Both the position numbers and the translations under genes were made by a program. A model generated the notes under the pieces. That model saw only the letters and a program-made list of their open reading frames with translations. It ran no database searches and had not been told where the DNA came from. Of a DNA stretch of 64,000 bases, positions 24,449 through 34,140 are shown in pieces. The DNA comes from Candidatus Bipolaricaulota bacterium (GTDB lineage: Bacteria > Bipolaricaulota > Bipolaricaulia > UBA7950 > UBA9294): positions 64,001 through 128,000 of the forward strand of contig JBFMGK010000003.1 in NCBI GenBank assembly GCA_040752575.1, in the 5' to 3' direction. How positions within the stretch are numbered: the first letter of the stretch is position 1; every line of letters begins with the position of its first letter.

Positions 24449-26232
24449 CGAAGAAGATCCACCTGATGGTGACGGCGTTCCGCGATGGGTTCCAGTCGGT
24501 GTATGGCGCGCGCGTCCTGTCGCGCGACTACCTCCCGGCGGTGGAGGCGGCTCGGAGAGCTGGGATCCTCCACTTCGAGTCGGGTGGGGGCGCGTCGTTC
24601 CAATCAGCGTTTTTCTACGCGAACGAGAACGCGTTCGACGTGATGGACGCGTTTCGGGCGGCCGCGGGACCCGACGCGAACCTGCAGACGCTGGCGCGCG
24701 GGATCAACGTCGTGGGCCTCGAGTCTCAGCCCAGCGACGTGATTCGCCTTCACGCTCACGTCTTCGCGAAGCATGGCATCAGTACGATCCGCAACTTCGA
24801 CGCCCTGAACGACGTGCAGAACTTGGTGCACAGCGGGAGATGCATCGTCGAAGCCGGCCTGCGCCACGAGGTCGTCGTCACCATGATGGGCCTGCCTCCG
24901 GGTTGTGACGGCGCCCACACGCCGGAGTTCTACCTTGGCGTCCTTCGCCAGATTCTCGACGCCGACATCCCGTACCACTCGGTGTGCTTCAAGGACGCCT
25001 CGGGAACGGCAACGCCGCACGTGGTCGGCGAGACGATCCGCCGGTCACGCGAGCTTCTAGGTCCCAAGGTCCAGCTGCGGTTCCACACGCACGAAACCGC
25101 CGGCATCGGCCTCGCGGCCTATCTCAGCGCCATCGATGCCGGGGCCGACGCCCTCGATGTCTCGCTCGCACCCGTGTCCGGCGGAACGTGCCAGCCGGAC
25201 ATCGCCACGCTGTGGCACGCGCTGCGCGGGCGGGACGTGGACCTTGGGTTCGACATCGGCAAGGTCCTCGAGGCCGAGGAAGTGCTGAAGGAGTGCATGA
25301 AAGACTACGACGTGCCTCCCGAAGCACGAGCCGTCGAACCGCTCATCCCGTTCTCGCCGATGCCCGGCGGCGCGCTCACAGCGAACACGCAGATGATGCG
25401 CGACAACGGGACGCTGCACCGCCTGCCCGAGGTCATCGCCGCCATGGGCGACACCGTGCGCCGCGGTGGCTTCGGAACGTCCGTAACGCCCGTGTCGCAG
25501 TTCTACTTCCAGCAGGCGTACAACAACGTCTTCCTCGGCCCGTGGAAGAAGCTGGCCGACGGGTACGGCAAGATGGTCCTCGGGTACTTCGGGCGAACGC
25601 CCGTGGCGCCCGATCCGGAGATCGTGCGCCTTGCCTCGGAACAACTCGGCCTGCCGCCGACGACAGAGAGTCCGCTTGCGCTGAACGACGCCGACCCAGA
25701 GAAGGGAATGGCCGCGGCGCGAGCCACGTTGGAGCGCGAGGAGCTTGCGGTTACCGACGAGAACGTCTTCATCGTCGCGACCTGCGGCAAGAAGGGCGTG
25801 GAGTTCCTCAAGGGCCAGGCCCGCGTGATGATCCGCAAGAAGGCCGCGCCCGCCGGCGAGCCGGCCGCGGAGCCAAGCGAGCTTCGGGTTCGATTGGGAG
25901 AACGCGAGTACCGGGTGGTTCTCGACGACGGCCGGGTAACGGTGGACGGCGTTCCCTACTCGTACACCGTGTCCGAAGGCGGGGCAAGGCCGACGGCCAG
26001 CGCGCCGGTTGCCGGAGGAAGCGCCTCGATCGCGGCGCCCTTGCCGGGGATCGTCTTGCGCATTCCAGCGGCGGCGGGGAAGCCGGTGCGAGCTGGTGAC
26101 GTGGTGATCGTCCTCGAGGCGATGAAGATGGAGATCGAGGTGAAGGCCGCCGTCTCCGGAGTCATCGAAGAGATCGCCGTGGCTGTAGGCAGTCAAGTGA
26201 AGGCGGGGCAGGCCCTCGCGCGGATTCGGTGA
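24445..26232 (+). CDS. oadA: Oxaloacetate decarboxylase alpha subunit (carboxyltransferase + biotinyl domain)
   Basis: FRDGFQS, FDALND, CFKDASG, HTH, MPGG, SVTPVSQ, biotinyl motif EAMKME. Confidence 0.9.
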   Translation: MTKKIHLMVTAFRDGFQSVYGARVLSRDYLPAVEAARRAGILHFESGGGASFQSAFFYANENAFDVMDAFRAAAGPDANLQTLARGINVVGLESQPSDVIRLHAHVFAKHGISTIRNFDALNDVQNLVHSGRCIVEAGLRHEVVVTMMGLPPGCDGAHTPEFYLGVLRQILDADIPYHSVCFKDASGTATPHVVGETIRRSRELLGPKVQLRFHTHETAGIGLAAYLSAIDAGADALDVSLAPVSGGTCQPDIATLWHALRGRDVDLGFDIGKVLEAEEVLKECMKDYDVPPEARAVEPLIPFSPMPGGALTANTQMMRDNGTLHRLPEVIAAMGDTVRRGGFGTSVTPVSQFYFQQAYNNVFLGPWKKLADGYGKMVLGYFGRTPVAPDPEIVRLASEQLGLPPTTESPLALNDADPEKGMAAARATLEREELAVTDENVFIVATCGKKGVEFLKGQARVMIRKKAAPAGEPAAEPSELRVRLGEREYRVVLDDGRVTVDGVPYSYTVSEGGARPTASAPVAGGSASIAAPLPGIVLRIPAAAGKPVRAGDVVIVLEAMKMEIEVKAAVSGVIEEIAVAVGSQVKAGQALARIR

Positions 26233-27377
26233 CGACCATGGACATCCTCTCGATGCTGCAGAGCATTCTCCAGTCAACGGGCTTCGCCAATTTCACGTGG
26301 GGCCAGCTCGTGATGATCGCCGTTAGCGGGCTCCTCATCTGGCTCGCCATCCACAAGGAGTATGAGCCGTCGCTTCTCTTGCCCATTGGGTTTGCGGGCC
26401 TCCTCGTGAACATCCCCCTCGCGGGCATCGGCGGTGCGGACGGCATCCTCGGCCAGATCTACGCCGTGGGAATCCAGACGGGCGTTTTCCCGCTCCTCAT
26501 CTTCCTCAGCATCGGGGCGATGTCGGACTTCGGCCCGATGCTCGCCCAGCCGAGAACGCTTCTCCTGGGGGCGGCGGCCCAGATCGGCATCTTCGCAACG
26601 CTCCTCGGCGCCCTGGCCCTCGGCCGGTACGCCGGCCTCGACCTCGGACTCAGGGATGCTGCGGCGATCGGCATCATCGGCGGCGCCGACGGGCCCACGG
26701 CGATCATCCTCGCTTCGCGCATGTCTCCGCGGTTTCTCGGCGCGATCGCCGTAGCGGCCTACTCCTACATGGCCATGGTGCCCATCATCCAGCCACCGAT
26801 CATGCGCGCCCTGACGACACGCAAAGAGCGCGCGGTGGTCATGCGGCAGCTGCGCGATGTATCCAAGCTCGAACGGATCCTCTTCCCCTTCCTCGTGACC
26901 GGCCTCTGCGCCCTGCTTCTTCCCGTCGCGATCCCGATCATCGGGATCTTCATGCTGGGCAACGTCCTGCGCGAGTCCGGCGTTGTGGACCGATTGTCGA
27001 AGGGCGTTCAGAACGAGCTCACCAACATCGTCACGATCTTCCTCGGCCTCGGCGTCGGCTCGAAGCTCTCGGCCGACCTTTTCCTGCGAGTCGAAACGCT
27101 CGTCGTCCTGGCACTTGGCCTCGTCGCGTTCGCCGTCGGAACTGCAGGCGGCGTCCTGATGGGCAAGCTGATGTGCAGATTCTCGCGCGATCCGGTCAAC
27201 CCGCTGATCGGCGCGGCCGGCATCTCGGCGGTTCCCATGGCGGCGCGCGTCGCGCACCGCGTCGGGCTCGAGACGGACCCCAACAACCTGCTCATCATGC
27301 ACGCGATGGGACCGAACGTTGCCGGCCAGCTCGGGTCGGCATTGGTCGCCGGCATCCTGCTTTCGCTCTTGGGGTAG
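26229..27377 (+). CDS. oadB: Na+-transporting decarboxylase beta subunit
   Basis: [58 protein letters not shown]. Confidence 0.95.
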   Translation: MTTMDILSMLQSILQSTGFANFTWGQLVMIAVSGLLIWLAIHKEYEPSLLLPIGFAGLLVNIPLAGIGGADGILGQIYAVGIQTGVFPLLIFLSIGAMSDFGPMLAQPRTLLLGAAAQIGIFATLLGALALGRYAGLDLGLRDAAAIGIIGGADGPTAIILASRMSPRFLGAIAVAAYSYMAMVPIIQPPIMRALTTRKERAVVMRQLRDVSKLERILFPFLVTGLCALLLPVAIPIIGIFMLGNVLRESGVVDRLSKGVQNELTNIVTIFLGLGVGSKLSADLFLRVETLVVLALGLVAFAVGTAGGVLMGKLMCRFSRDPVNPLIGAAGISAVPMAARVAHRVGLETDPNNLLIMHAMGPNVAGQLGSALVAGILLSLLG

Positions 27378-27598
27378 CGCGATCCAGCGCGAGCGTGTGG
27401 CCTCTGGGCCGGGATGGGCTTGCCGCAACCGGGCCGCGCATCGGCGATGATGGGCGGCCTGATCTACGCCACCACCTGCTGGAACGCGCGATGGAGCCTG
27501 ACGTTGCCGGTAGCGTTGGCTCGGCGGGTCGCGTCGGTGTTCTCCGTGCGCTGCCTGGGTCGTCTGCGTCTCACGCCACCCCATGAGGACACGGGCCA

Positions 27599-27626
27599 TT
27601 GACAGATCGCACGTGTCGACTATAGT
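27599..27626 (+). promoter_or_regulatory. Promoter of the pit operon
   Basis: TTGACA-16-TATAGT, followed by a GAGAGG RBS. Confidence 0.55.
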
Positions 27627-27658
27627 GCGTCCATACTTCACAAGAGAGGCTGGACATC

Positions 27659-28591
27659 GTGTGGACGCTTCTGGCGGGAATCTTCATGGGATGGTCGCTC
27701 GGCGCGAATGACGCGGCGAACCTGTTCGGTCCGATCGTCGGCTGCGCGGCCATGCGTTTCTGGACCGCGGCCATCCTCGCTTCCGGCTTTGTGCTTGTGG
27801 GAGCTCTTGCCGTGGGTACGCGCGGGTTTGCTGCCTACAGCTCGATCGGAACCCAGACGCTGTTGTCGGCGTTCCTGGTCGCCGTGGCCGCGGGGCTGAC
27901 CGTGACCCTCATGACGCTGCTCGGTCTTCCGGTATCGAGTACGCAAGCCGTGGTCGGCGCGTTGATCGGCGCGGGTTTCCTCTCCGGCGGCGTGGCGTTC
28001 GGTCCGCTCGTGAAGATCCTCCTGTCGTGGATCCTGACGCCTCTGGGCGGACTGATCGCCGCCTACATTCCGTACAAGCTTCTCGTTCGGTTTCCCGGCG
28101 CATTGCCCAGCCGTTGGGTGCGTCGAGTTGCCGTCATCCGCGTCGGCCTCATCCTTGCCACGTGCTACAGCGCGTTTGCCCTCGGGGCGAACAACGTCGC
28201 CAACGTTACCGGCGTCTACGTTTCGAGCGGTCTCCTCTCACCTTCTGTCGCGGCGCTGATTGGCGCGCTCGCGATCGGTTTGGGTATTCTCACCTTCAGT
28301 CGACGCGTCATCGACACGGTGGGGAACCGCATCGTCGCGTTGGATCCGGTGACAGCGCTTCTGGTCATTCTTGCAGAAGCCGTCACGCTGAATGTCTACG
28401 CGATGATCGGCGTTCCGGTTTCCGCCTCCCAAGCCGTCGTCGGGGCTGTGCTAGGGGTCGGCTTGGTGAAAGGCGTCCGGACGATCGACGGCCGTGTCGT
28501 CCTTCGCGTCGCGTTCGGATGGGTCGGGACGCCGACGATTGCCGGACTCCTCTCGGCCGGACTCGTCGGCGTGGCGCGGCTTGTCTCGTAG
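27659..28591 (+). CDS. Inorganic phosphate transporter, PiT family
   Basis: Twin signatures GANDAAN and GANNVAN, GLPVSSTQ and GVPVSASQ. Confidence 0.93.
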   Translation: MWTLLAGIFMGWSLGANDAANLFGPIVGCAAMRFWTAAILASGFVLVGALAVGTRGFAAYSSIGTQTLLSAFLVAVAAGLTVTLMTLLGLPVSSTQAVVGALIGAGFLSGGVAFGPLVKILLSWILTPLGGLIAAYIPYKLLVRFPGALPSRWVRRVAVIRVGLILATCYSAFALGANNVANVTGVYVSSGLLSPSVAALIGALAIGLGILTFSRRVIDTVGNRIVALDPVTALLVILAEAVTLNVYAMIGVPVSASQAVVGAVLGVGLVKGVRTIDGRVVLRVAFGWVGTPTIAGLLSAGLVGVARLVS

Positions 28592-28631
28592 GGCGACGGG
28601 GATCGCGCGGATCTCCTGCGGGGGGGATGGG

Positions 28632-29282
28632 ATGTTCCGATTCTGGAAGCGCACAGAGGAAGTCCAAGAGCTTGTTCTTCGACACCTCGGGCACGTCCGT
28701 AACGCCGTCGAGCTCTTCGTGCAGGCGACGCGAGCCTACTTCGAGGAAGGCGATCGGGAGAAGGCGGCGCGGCTCACCGTCGAGACGCACAAGTCAGAGA
28801 GCCTGGCTGACGATGTACGACGCGAAGTGGAACGGGCGATGGTGCAAGGCGCGCTGTTGAGTCCGTCACGACGGCAGCTCTTACTGATCGTCGATCGGAT
28901 GGACACGCTTGCCAACGCGGCTCAGGCAACCCTCCACTATCTCCTGAACCAGTCGGTGGATGTGCCGAGTGCGATGCGCTCGTCGGTCCAGGAGATCCTT
29001 GCCGAGACAGAGGCCTTGTTCCAGGACGTTGACTGCGGCATCCGTTCGCTGCTTGCCGGTCACTTCTCTGAAGCGCTCGCTTGTGCGGAGCGCATCGACG
29101 ATCACGAGAGTGCGGTCGATCGCCTGCACGCACGTGCCACGCGCGAGCTGTTTGCGCTCGACATCGAGCTGGCGCGGAAGCTCCACGTGCGGGGGTACTT
29201 CGAAGCCCTTGTGGACATCAGCGACCGAGCCGAAGACCTGGCGGACCAGATGGCTCTCGTCGCGGCGGAACGAGCCGTGTAG
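28632..29282 (+). CDS. DUF47 / PhoU-like phosphate transport regulator
   Basis: ESLADDVRREV, DRMDTLAN, ESAVD, ISDRAEDLAD; adjacent to pit. Confidence 0.88.
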   Translation: MFRFWKRTEEVQELVLRHLGHVRNAVELFVQATRAYFEEGDREKAARLTVETHKSESLADDVRREVERAMVQGALLSPSRRQLLLIVDRMDTLANAAQATLHYLLNQSVDVPSAMRSSVQEILAETEALFQDVDCGIRSLLAGHFSEALACAERIDDHESAVDRLHARATRELFALDIELARKLHVRGYFEALVDISDRAEDLADQMALVAAERAV

Positions 29283-29304
29283 GTTCCGGAGCAGGAGGCA
29301 GCAA

Positions 29305-29985
29305 ATGGTCGAGCAGACCTTCGAAACGGACACGCTGGGCACGGCGACCGCCGAGATCGAGATCACGTTCCTTGGGCACGGATCGCTGATGTTCCGCCAA
29401 CAAGGGATGACGGTGTACGTCGATCCGTATCAGAAGGTCGCTGATTACGCTGCCTTGCCCAAAGCGGATCTCGTTCTCATCACCCACGAGCATCGCGATC
29501 ACCTGGATCCCGAAGCGCTGGCGCACGTGCGCCAGGAGTCGACGGAGGTCATCCACAGCGTATTGTGCGCGGCGCAGATTCGCGGAGGCACGCTCATGCG
29601 GAACGGAGACGTCACGGTCGTACGGGGTCTGCGTGTCGAGGCGATTCCCGCCTACAACGTCGTGCATCGCCGGGACGGCGGGGACCCCTTTCACCCTTGC
29701 GGCAACGGCAACGGGTACATCATCACCTTCGGCAACCTGCGCGTCCTTGTCGCCGGCGATACCGAGAACACGCCGGAGCTGAAAGCGGTAAGGGACATCG
29801 ACGTGGCGTTCCTGCCGATGAACCTGCCGTACACGATGACGCCGGAGATGGTGGCCGACGTCGCCCTGGCGATGCGGCCGAAGATCCTCTACCCGTACCA
29901 CTACGGATCGACCGATCCCCAAGATCTCGTCAAACGGCTGAAAGATCATCCCGAGATCGAGGTGCGGGTTCGTCGTCTTGCCTAG
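29305..29985 (+). CDS. MBL-fold metallo-hydrolase
   Basis: FLGHGS, VDP, THEHRDH, PAYN, FHP, AGDTE, YPYHY; AGGAGG RBS. Confidence 0.9.
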   Translation: MVEQTFETDTLGTATAEIEITFLGHGSLMFRQQGMTVYVDPYQKVADYAALPKADLVLITHEHRDHLDPEALAHVRQESTEVIHSVLCAAQIRGGTLMRNGDVTVVRGLRVEAIPAYNVVHRRDGGDPFHPCGNGNGYIITFGNLRVLVAGDTENTPELKAVRDIDVAFLPMNLPYTMTPEMVADVALAMRPKILYPYHYGSTDPQDLVKRLKDHPEIEVRVRRLA

Positions 29986-31196
29986 TCCGACCCGGGGACT
30001 CCCGACGCCCCGACCCGAACGCGCAATCGCCACAACCGGCGCGCGGCAAGAGCCGATGCACTGAGGAGGCACGCTGAAGTCACGGGGACGACGATCGGCC
30101 CGCCGATGTCGATCAGACGGCCGATGAGCCAGGGGAAGGTCATGCTTCCGACACACGAGGCGACTGCAATGGCGCCGAACCTGCGGCCGTTGAGCTCGAA
30201 TCGCTCGGAGTAGGCCGTGATGACGTTAGGGTAGATCGGACCCACGGCGATCCCGAACCCGACCGCGCCGATCCACGCCGCCGCGAGCGCGTGCGATCCT
30301 GCGGCGAGGGTCGCAAGGGAGGCGAGACCCGCGACGTAGGCCGCGCCGAGGATCCTCTGCGGCGCCCAACGGCGCGCGGCCAGGATGCCGGCGAGGCGCG
30401 ACAAGCTGAACCCGGCCCAGAAGGCGCCGGTCACACCCGTCGCGGTCGCGCCATGTTGCAGGTTGACGTACTCGTACAACCAACTGGCGAGACCGATCTC
30501 GGCGCCGACGTAGAGGACGAGCACGGCGAGGGCGGCGACAAAGGCGCGCCCGAGACGGTCAGCCTGCGTGTGGGCACCCGAAGAGGGTTGCGCCGCCGCC
30601 CCGCTTCCTGAGTGCCCGAGGGAGAAGTACGCTACGGCAAGGAGCGCGTACGCGCCGGCGAGAACCACGTAGGCCCATGTTTCTCGTCCAGGACCCCACG
30701 CGGCGACAAGAGAGGGCGCGGCGAGACCTCCAATGCCGTAGCAGAAATGGATGGCGCTGATGTACGGTGCCGCGCGCGAGCGGTGCGTTCGCAGGAGCAT
30801 CGTGCTGACGCCGACATCGGCGCCGGCTGTCGCGAAGCCCAGCGGGACGACGAGCAGCATCAGGGCAGCGAGCGAACGAGCCCAGGGCAGCCAGGCGAGG
30901 GCGCCGGCGACAACGAGGCTTGCCGCGGCCAGACCGCGGTGAATGGCGATACGATCCATCCAGCGCGTGCTGGCGAAGGATCCGACGAGGTAGCCGAGCG
31001 ATCGCGTCGCGAGGATGACGCCGACGGCGGACAGCCCGACACCGACCTGGGTCGCGAACGGTCCCAACGTCGGACCGACGGCCCCGCCGAGCATGCCGAC
31101 GAGAACCTGCGAAGCGAAGTAGACCCCTGTCGCGTAGAGGACGGCCCCCCGGGTCGACGCCGCTGGCCTAGAGCTTTCGGAGCCGTTCGGCGACGT
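29982..31196 (-). CDS. MFS transporter (FucP/TsgA-like); start uncertain
   Basis: GPTL, HFCYGIGGLAAP, YVGAEIG..W, FWAGFSLSR, GPIYP; first ATG is at 31094 but TM1-like sequence continues upstream to a possible ACG start at 31196. Confidence 0.82.
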   Translation of the reverse strand, partial: TSPNGSESSRPAASTRGAVLYATGVYFASQVLVGMLGGAVGPTLGPFATQVGVGLSAVGVILATRSLGYLVGSFASTRWMDRIAIHRGLAAASLVVAGALAWLPWARSLAALMLLVVPLGFATAGADVGVSTMLLRTHRSRAAPYISAIHFCYGIGGLAAPSLVAAWGPGRETWAYVVLAGAYALLAVAYFSLGHSGSGAAAQPSSGAHTQADRLGRAFVAALAVLVLYVGAEIGLASWLYEYVNLQHGATATGVTGAFWAGFSLSRLAGILAARRWAPQRILGAAYVAGLASLATLAAGSHALAAAWIGAVGFGIAVGPIYPNVITAYSERFELNGRRFGAIAVASCVGSMTFPWLIGRLIDIGGPIVVPVTSACLLSASALAARRLWRLRVRVGASGVPGSD

Positions 31197-32637
31197 AGGT
31201 CTCCACCTCGCGTAGTGCGATGCGCGTCTGCTCTGTCGTGTCGCGGTCGCGAATCGTCACCGTACCGTCCTCGGAGGTCTGGTGGTCGATCGTCACGCAG
31301 AAGGGCGTTCCCGACTCGTCTTGGCGCCGATACCGCTTGCCGATCGATCCCTTCTCGTCATAGAAGACGTTCCAGCGCTGTTTGAGCGAGCGGTACAGCT
31401 CGGCGGCCGTCTCGGGCTGGCCGTCCTTTTTGACCAAAGGGAACACCGCAACCTTGACCGGAGCCAGGCGCGGGTGGAGGTGCAGGACGACGCGCTCCTG
31501 CGGGACTCCCTTCTCGTCGGGAATCGAGTCTTCGTCGTAGGCCTCGCACAAGAAGGCCAGCGCGGCGCGGTCGGCGCCCGCCGACGGCTCAATGACGTGG
31601 GGGATGAACTTGCGTTGCGTCACTTCGTCGAAGTAGGAGAGGTCCTTACCGCTTCCTGAGTGCCGGGGCGTTCCCGTCGCATCCCTTTCGACGACGAGAG
31701 CGTCGCCCTCCTTCACGAGCTTGCCCTCCATGTGGCTGCGCAGATCGAAGTCGCTGCGGTGCGATACGCCCTCCAACTCGCCGTAGTCGCCTTCGGCACA
31801 GAAGGGGAATGCATACTCGATGTCGGCCGTGCCGCAGGAGTAGTGGGCGCGTTCCTCGGGTGTATGCTCGCGCAGGCGCAGACGGTTGCTCGCCAGGCCG
31901 AGCGACGTGTACCAGGCCATGCGCCGATCGCGCCAGTACTGGTACCAGGTGGGTGATTCCTCGGGGGCGCAGAAGAACTCGATCTCCATCTGCTCGAACT
32001 CGCGTGAGCGGAACGTGAAGTTGCGGGGCGTGATCTCGTTGCGGAACGACTTGCCGATCTGTGCGATCCCGAACGGCACCTTCACCCGCGACGTCGAGAC
32101 GACGTTCTTGAAGTTCACGAAGATGCCCTGGGCCGTCTCCGGCCGCAGGTAGGCCTCGGCCGCCGGGTCGATGAGCGCGCCAACGTAGGTCTTGAACATC
32201 AGATTGAACTCGCGCGGCTCCGTCAGCGCGCAGTCGTCGCCGTCTCCTGGCCTGCGGCTCGGCTTCCTTGGGCACTGGCTGTCTTTCAGCTGATCGGCAC
32301 GGAAACGAGCTTTGCACGTCTTGCAGTCGACGAAGAGATCGTAGAACAGGTCGAAATGCCCGCTGGCCTTCCAGACCTGCGGGTGCGTGATGATCGTCGA
32401 GTCCAGGCCGACCATCTCGTACGCCGACGGCGCGCCTCCCGGAGCCAGGGTGTCATCGTGGCCGACGACCATGTCGTGCCACCACGCCTCCTTCACATTC
32501 CGCTTGAACTCGACGCCGAGAGGACCGTAATCCCAGAAGCCGCCGATCCCCCCATAGATCTCGCTCGACGGAAAGATGAACCCGCGCCGCTTGCACAAGG
32601 CGACGACCTTCTCCATGGTTGATGCGTCTTTCTGCAT
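31168..32637 (-). CDS. glyQS: Glycine--tRNA ligase, alpha2 (archaeal/eukaryotic-type)
   Basis: CKRRGFIFPSSEIYGG, WDYGPLG, LRPETAQGIFVNF, FRNEITP, REFEQME, IEPSAG, SIGKRYRRQDE. Confidence 0.97.
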   Translation of the reverse strand: MQKDASTMEKVVALCKRRGFIFPSSEIYGGIGGFWDYGPLGVEFKRNVKEAWWHDMVVGHDDTLAPGGAPSAYEMVGLDSTIITHPQVWKASGHFDLFYDLFVDCKTCKARFRADQLKDSQCPRKPSRRPGDGDDCALTEPREFNLMFKTYVGALIDPAAEAYLRPETAQGIFVNFKNVVSTSRVKVPFGIAQIGKSFRNEITPRNFTFRSREFEQMEIEFFCAPEESPTWYQYWRDRRMAWYTSLGLASNRLRLREHTPEERAHYSCGTADIEYAFPFCAEGDYGELEGVSHRSDFDLRSHMEGKLVKEGDALVVERDATGTPRHSGSGKDLSYFDEVTQRKFIPHVIEPSAGADRAALAFLCEAYDEDSIPDEKGVPQERVVLHLHPRLAPVKVAVFPLVKKDGQPETAAELYRSLKQRWNVFYDEKGSIGKRYRRQDESGTPFCVTIDHQTSEDGTVTIRDRDTTEQTRIALREVETYVAERLRKL

Positions 32638-33110
32638 GACGTCCTCCGCAAAGCCGGGATGTTCGACGCCGAGAACCGCTCTGGCGACGCAAGGTCGGGA
32701 TTATACTGCCCCCAGGGGAGGATCTGAGAGCGTCGAGACGACTGCCGCTGATCCGCCAATGCCCCGCTGCCGACGTTGCCACGGGGCAGGTGTCTGTGCC
32801 CGCAGAGGAAGAACGCACGGGCGACGAACCACGAGGAGAAGGAGCTGCGCGATCACCTGACGGAGGCCCATCAATGCCAGGTGACGGCGGGTTAGGACGG
32901 CCCGGCGATGACACGAACAACGTGCATGAGCGTCGCCACACGCCGCAGCAGGTTGCTGCGCCAAGGGTCCGACCCACGGTGCAGCGCGGCGGGGGATCTG
33001 CGCCGACGCCAGAGCCGAGCGCCATCGTCAGGCTCATGGCACAAAGCGCTCAGGAGCCTCATGATGTTATGACGCTCTTCTGTTGGCGAAACGCCAAAGG
33101 GAGGCCCCTC

Positions 33111-34082
33111 GTGAAGCGATCTGTCGCTTGGCTTGTTGCGATGGCAGCCGGTCTGTCTCTGTTGCCGGGTTGCCTGGTCTCGCGCGAACGCGTTGGCCTC
33201 AGGGAGCTTGGGACGGCTCGCGTTGGCGTAGGCTACGACGTGCACGTCGACGGGGGCATCGCGTTGCTGTCCCATAATCAAGGTGCAAGCATTCTTGATG
33301 TTGTAGATCCAGCGCGCCCCCGCGAGTTGGGGGTCATACCGACCCACGATGCCTGCTTCGGTGTGTTCCATTGCGGCGCTCGCGCCTACGTGCTCGACCC
33401 ATCTCGCGGACTCCTTGTCGTGGACGTCAGCGACCCCGCGCGCCCAGCGATTCTCGGATCGTGCCGCAGTCCAGGCTCATGGTGCGAACTCGACGCTGCC
33501 GGTGACCATGTGTATCTGGCGAATCGAGATGGGGGGATGGATGTCGTCGATGTTTCGAACCCGACCCATCCGCGTCTCGTCGGCGCGGGCTACGGGGCGG
33601 ATCCGTGCGAGGGCATCTGTGTGCTAGGGGATGTCGCTTACTTGGCGATGGGAGGCGCTGGCGTGCATGTGATCGACATCTTGGATCCGCTGGTTCCTCG
33701 CCTTATCCGTGTTCTTACGGAGCCAAGACCGGCGGTTGGGATTGACGCCAGCGACGGCCTCCTTGCCGTCGCACGTCATGCGAGAGGCGTCTCTGTCTAC
33801 GAAGTCAGTGATCCGCGCTTCCCCCGCTTCCTGGCGGAAGTGTCTTCAAGGCACGAATCGCTCGAAGTGTCCGTTCGCGGCGACATGGTGGCCGTGGCGG
33901 ACAACATGGCGGGGGCCATGATGCTGCGTATCGATGCCAGCCGGCACGTGGTGGGCGTGGGGCAGTACGAGACGGGTGCGGCCACGCACGGCGTCTTCAC
34001 AGACGGGCGCGTCATCTATCTGGCGGATGGGGGCTGCGGCCTGGTCATTCTGGCGCCTCGTTCTGGAGGCCCCTCAGGCTAG
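33111..34082 (+). CDS. LVIVD-repeat lipoprotein (beta-propeller)
   Basis: GTG after GGGAGG; lipobox LPGC; repeats GLLVVDVSDP, GMDVVDVSNP, GVHVIDILDP, GVSVYEVSDP, YLADG..GLVIL. Confidence 0.85.
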   Translation: MKRSVAWLVAMAAGLSLLPGCLVSRERVGLRELGTARVGVGYDVHVDGGIALLSHNQGASILDVVDPARPRELGVIPTHDACFGVFHCGARAYVLDPSRGLLVVDVSDPARPAILGSCRSPGSWCELDAAGDHVYLANRDGGMDVVDVSNPTHPRLVGAGYGADPCEGICVLGDVAYLAMGGAGVHVIDILDPLVPRLIRVLTEPRPAVGIDASDGLLAVARHARGVSVYEVSDPRFPRFLAEVSSRHESLEVSVRGDMVAVADNMAGAMMLRIDASRHVVGVGQYETGAATHGVFTDGRVIYLADGGCGLVILAPRSGGPSG

Positions 34083-34140
34083 CAGATGCTTCGCGCACGT
34101 GCGTCGAGGCAAACGACTCTCGGCCCAAGAGGCGAGCCTC

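Noticed and set aside
27414..27602. 62-aa ORF between oadB and pit
   Set aside because: No RBS or motif, and it runs into the pit promoter
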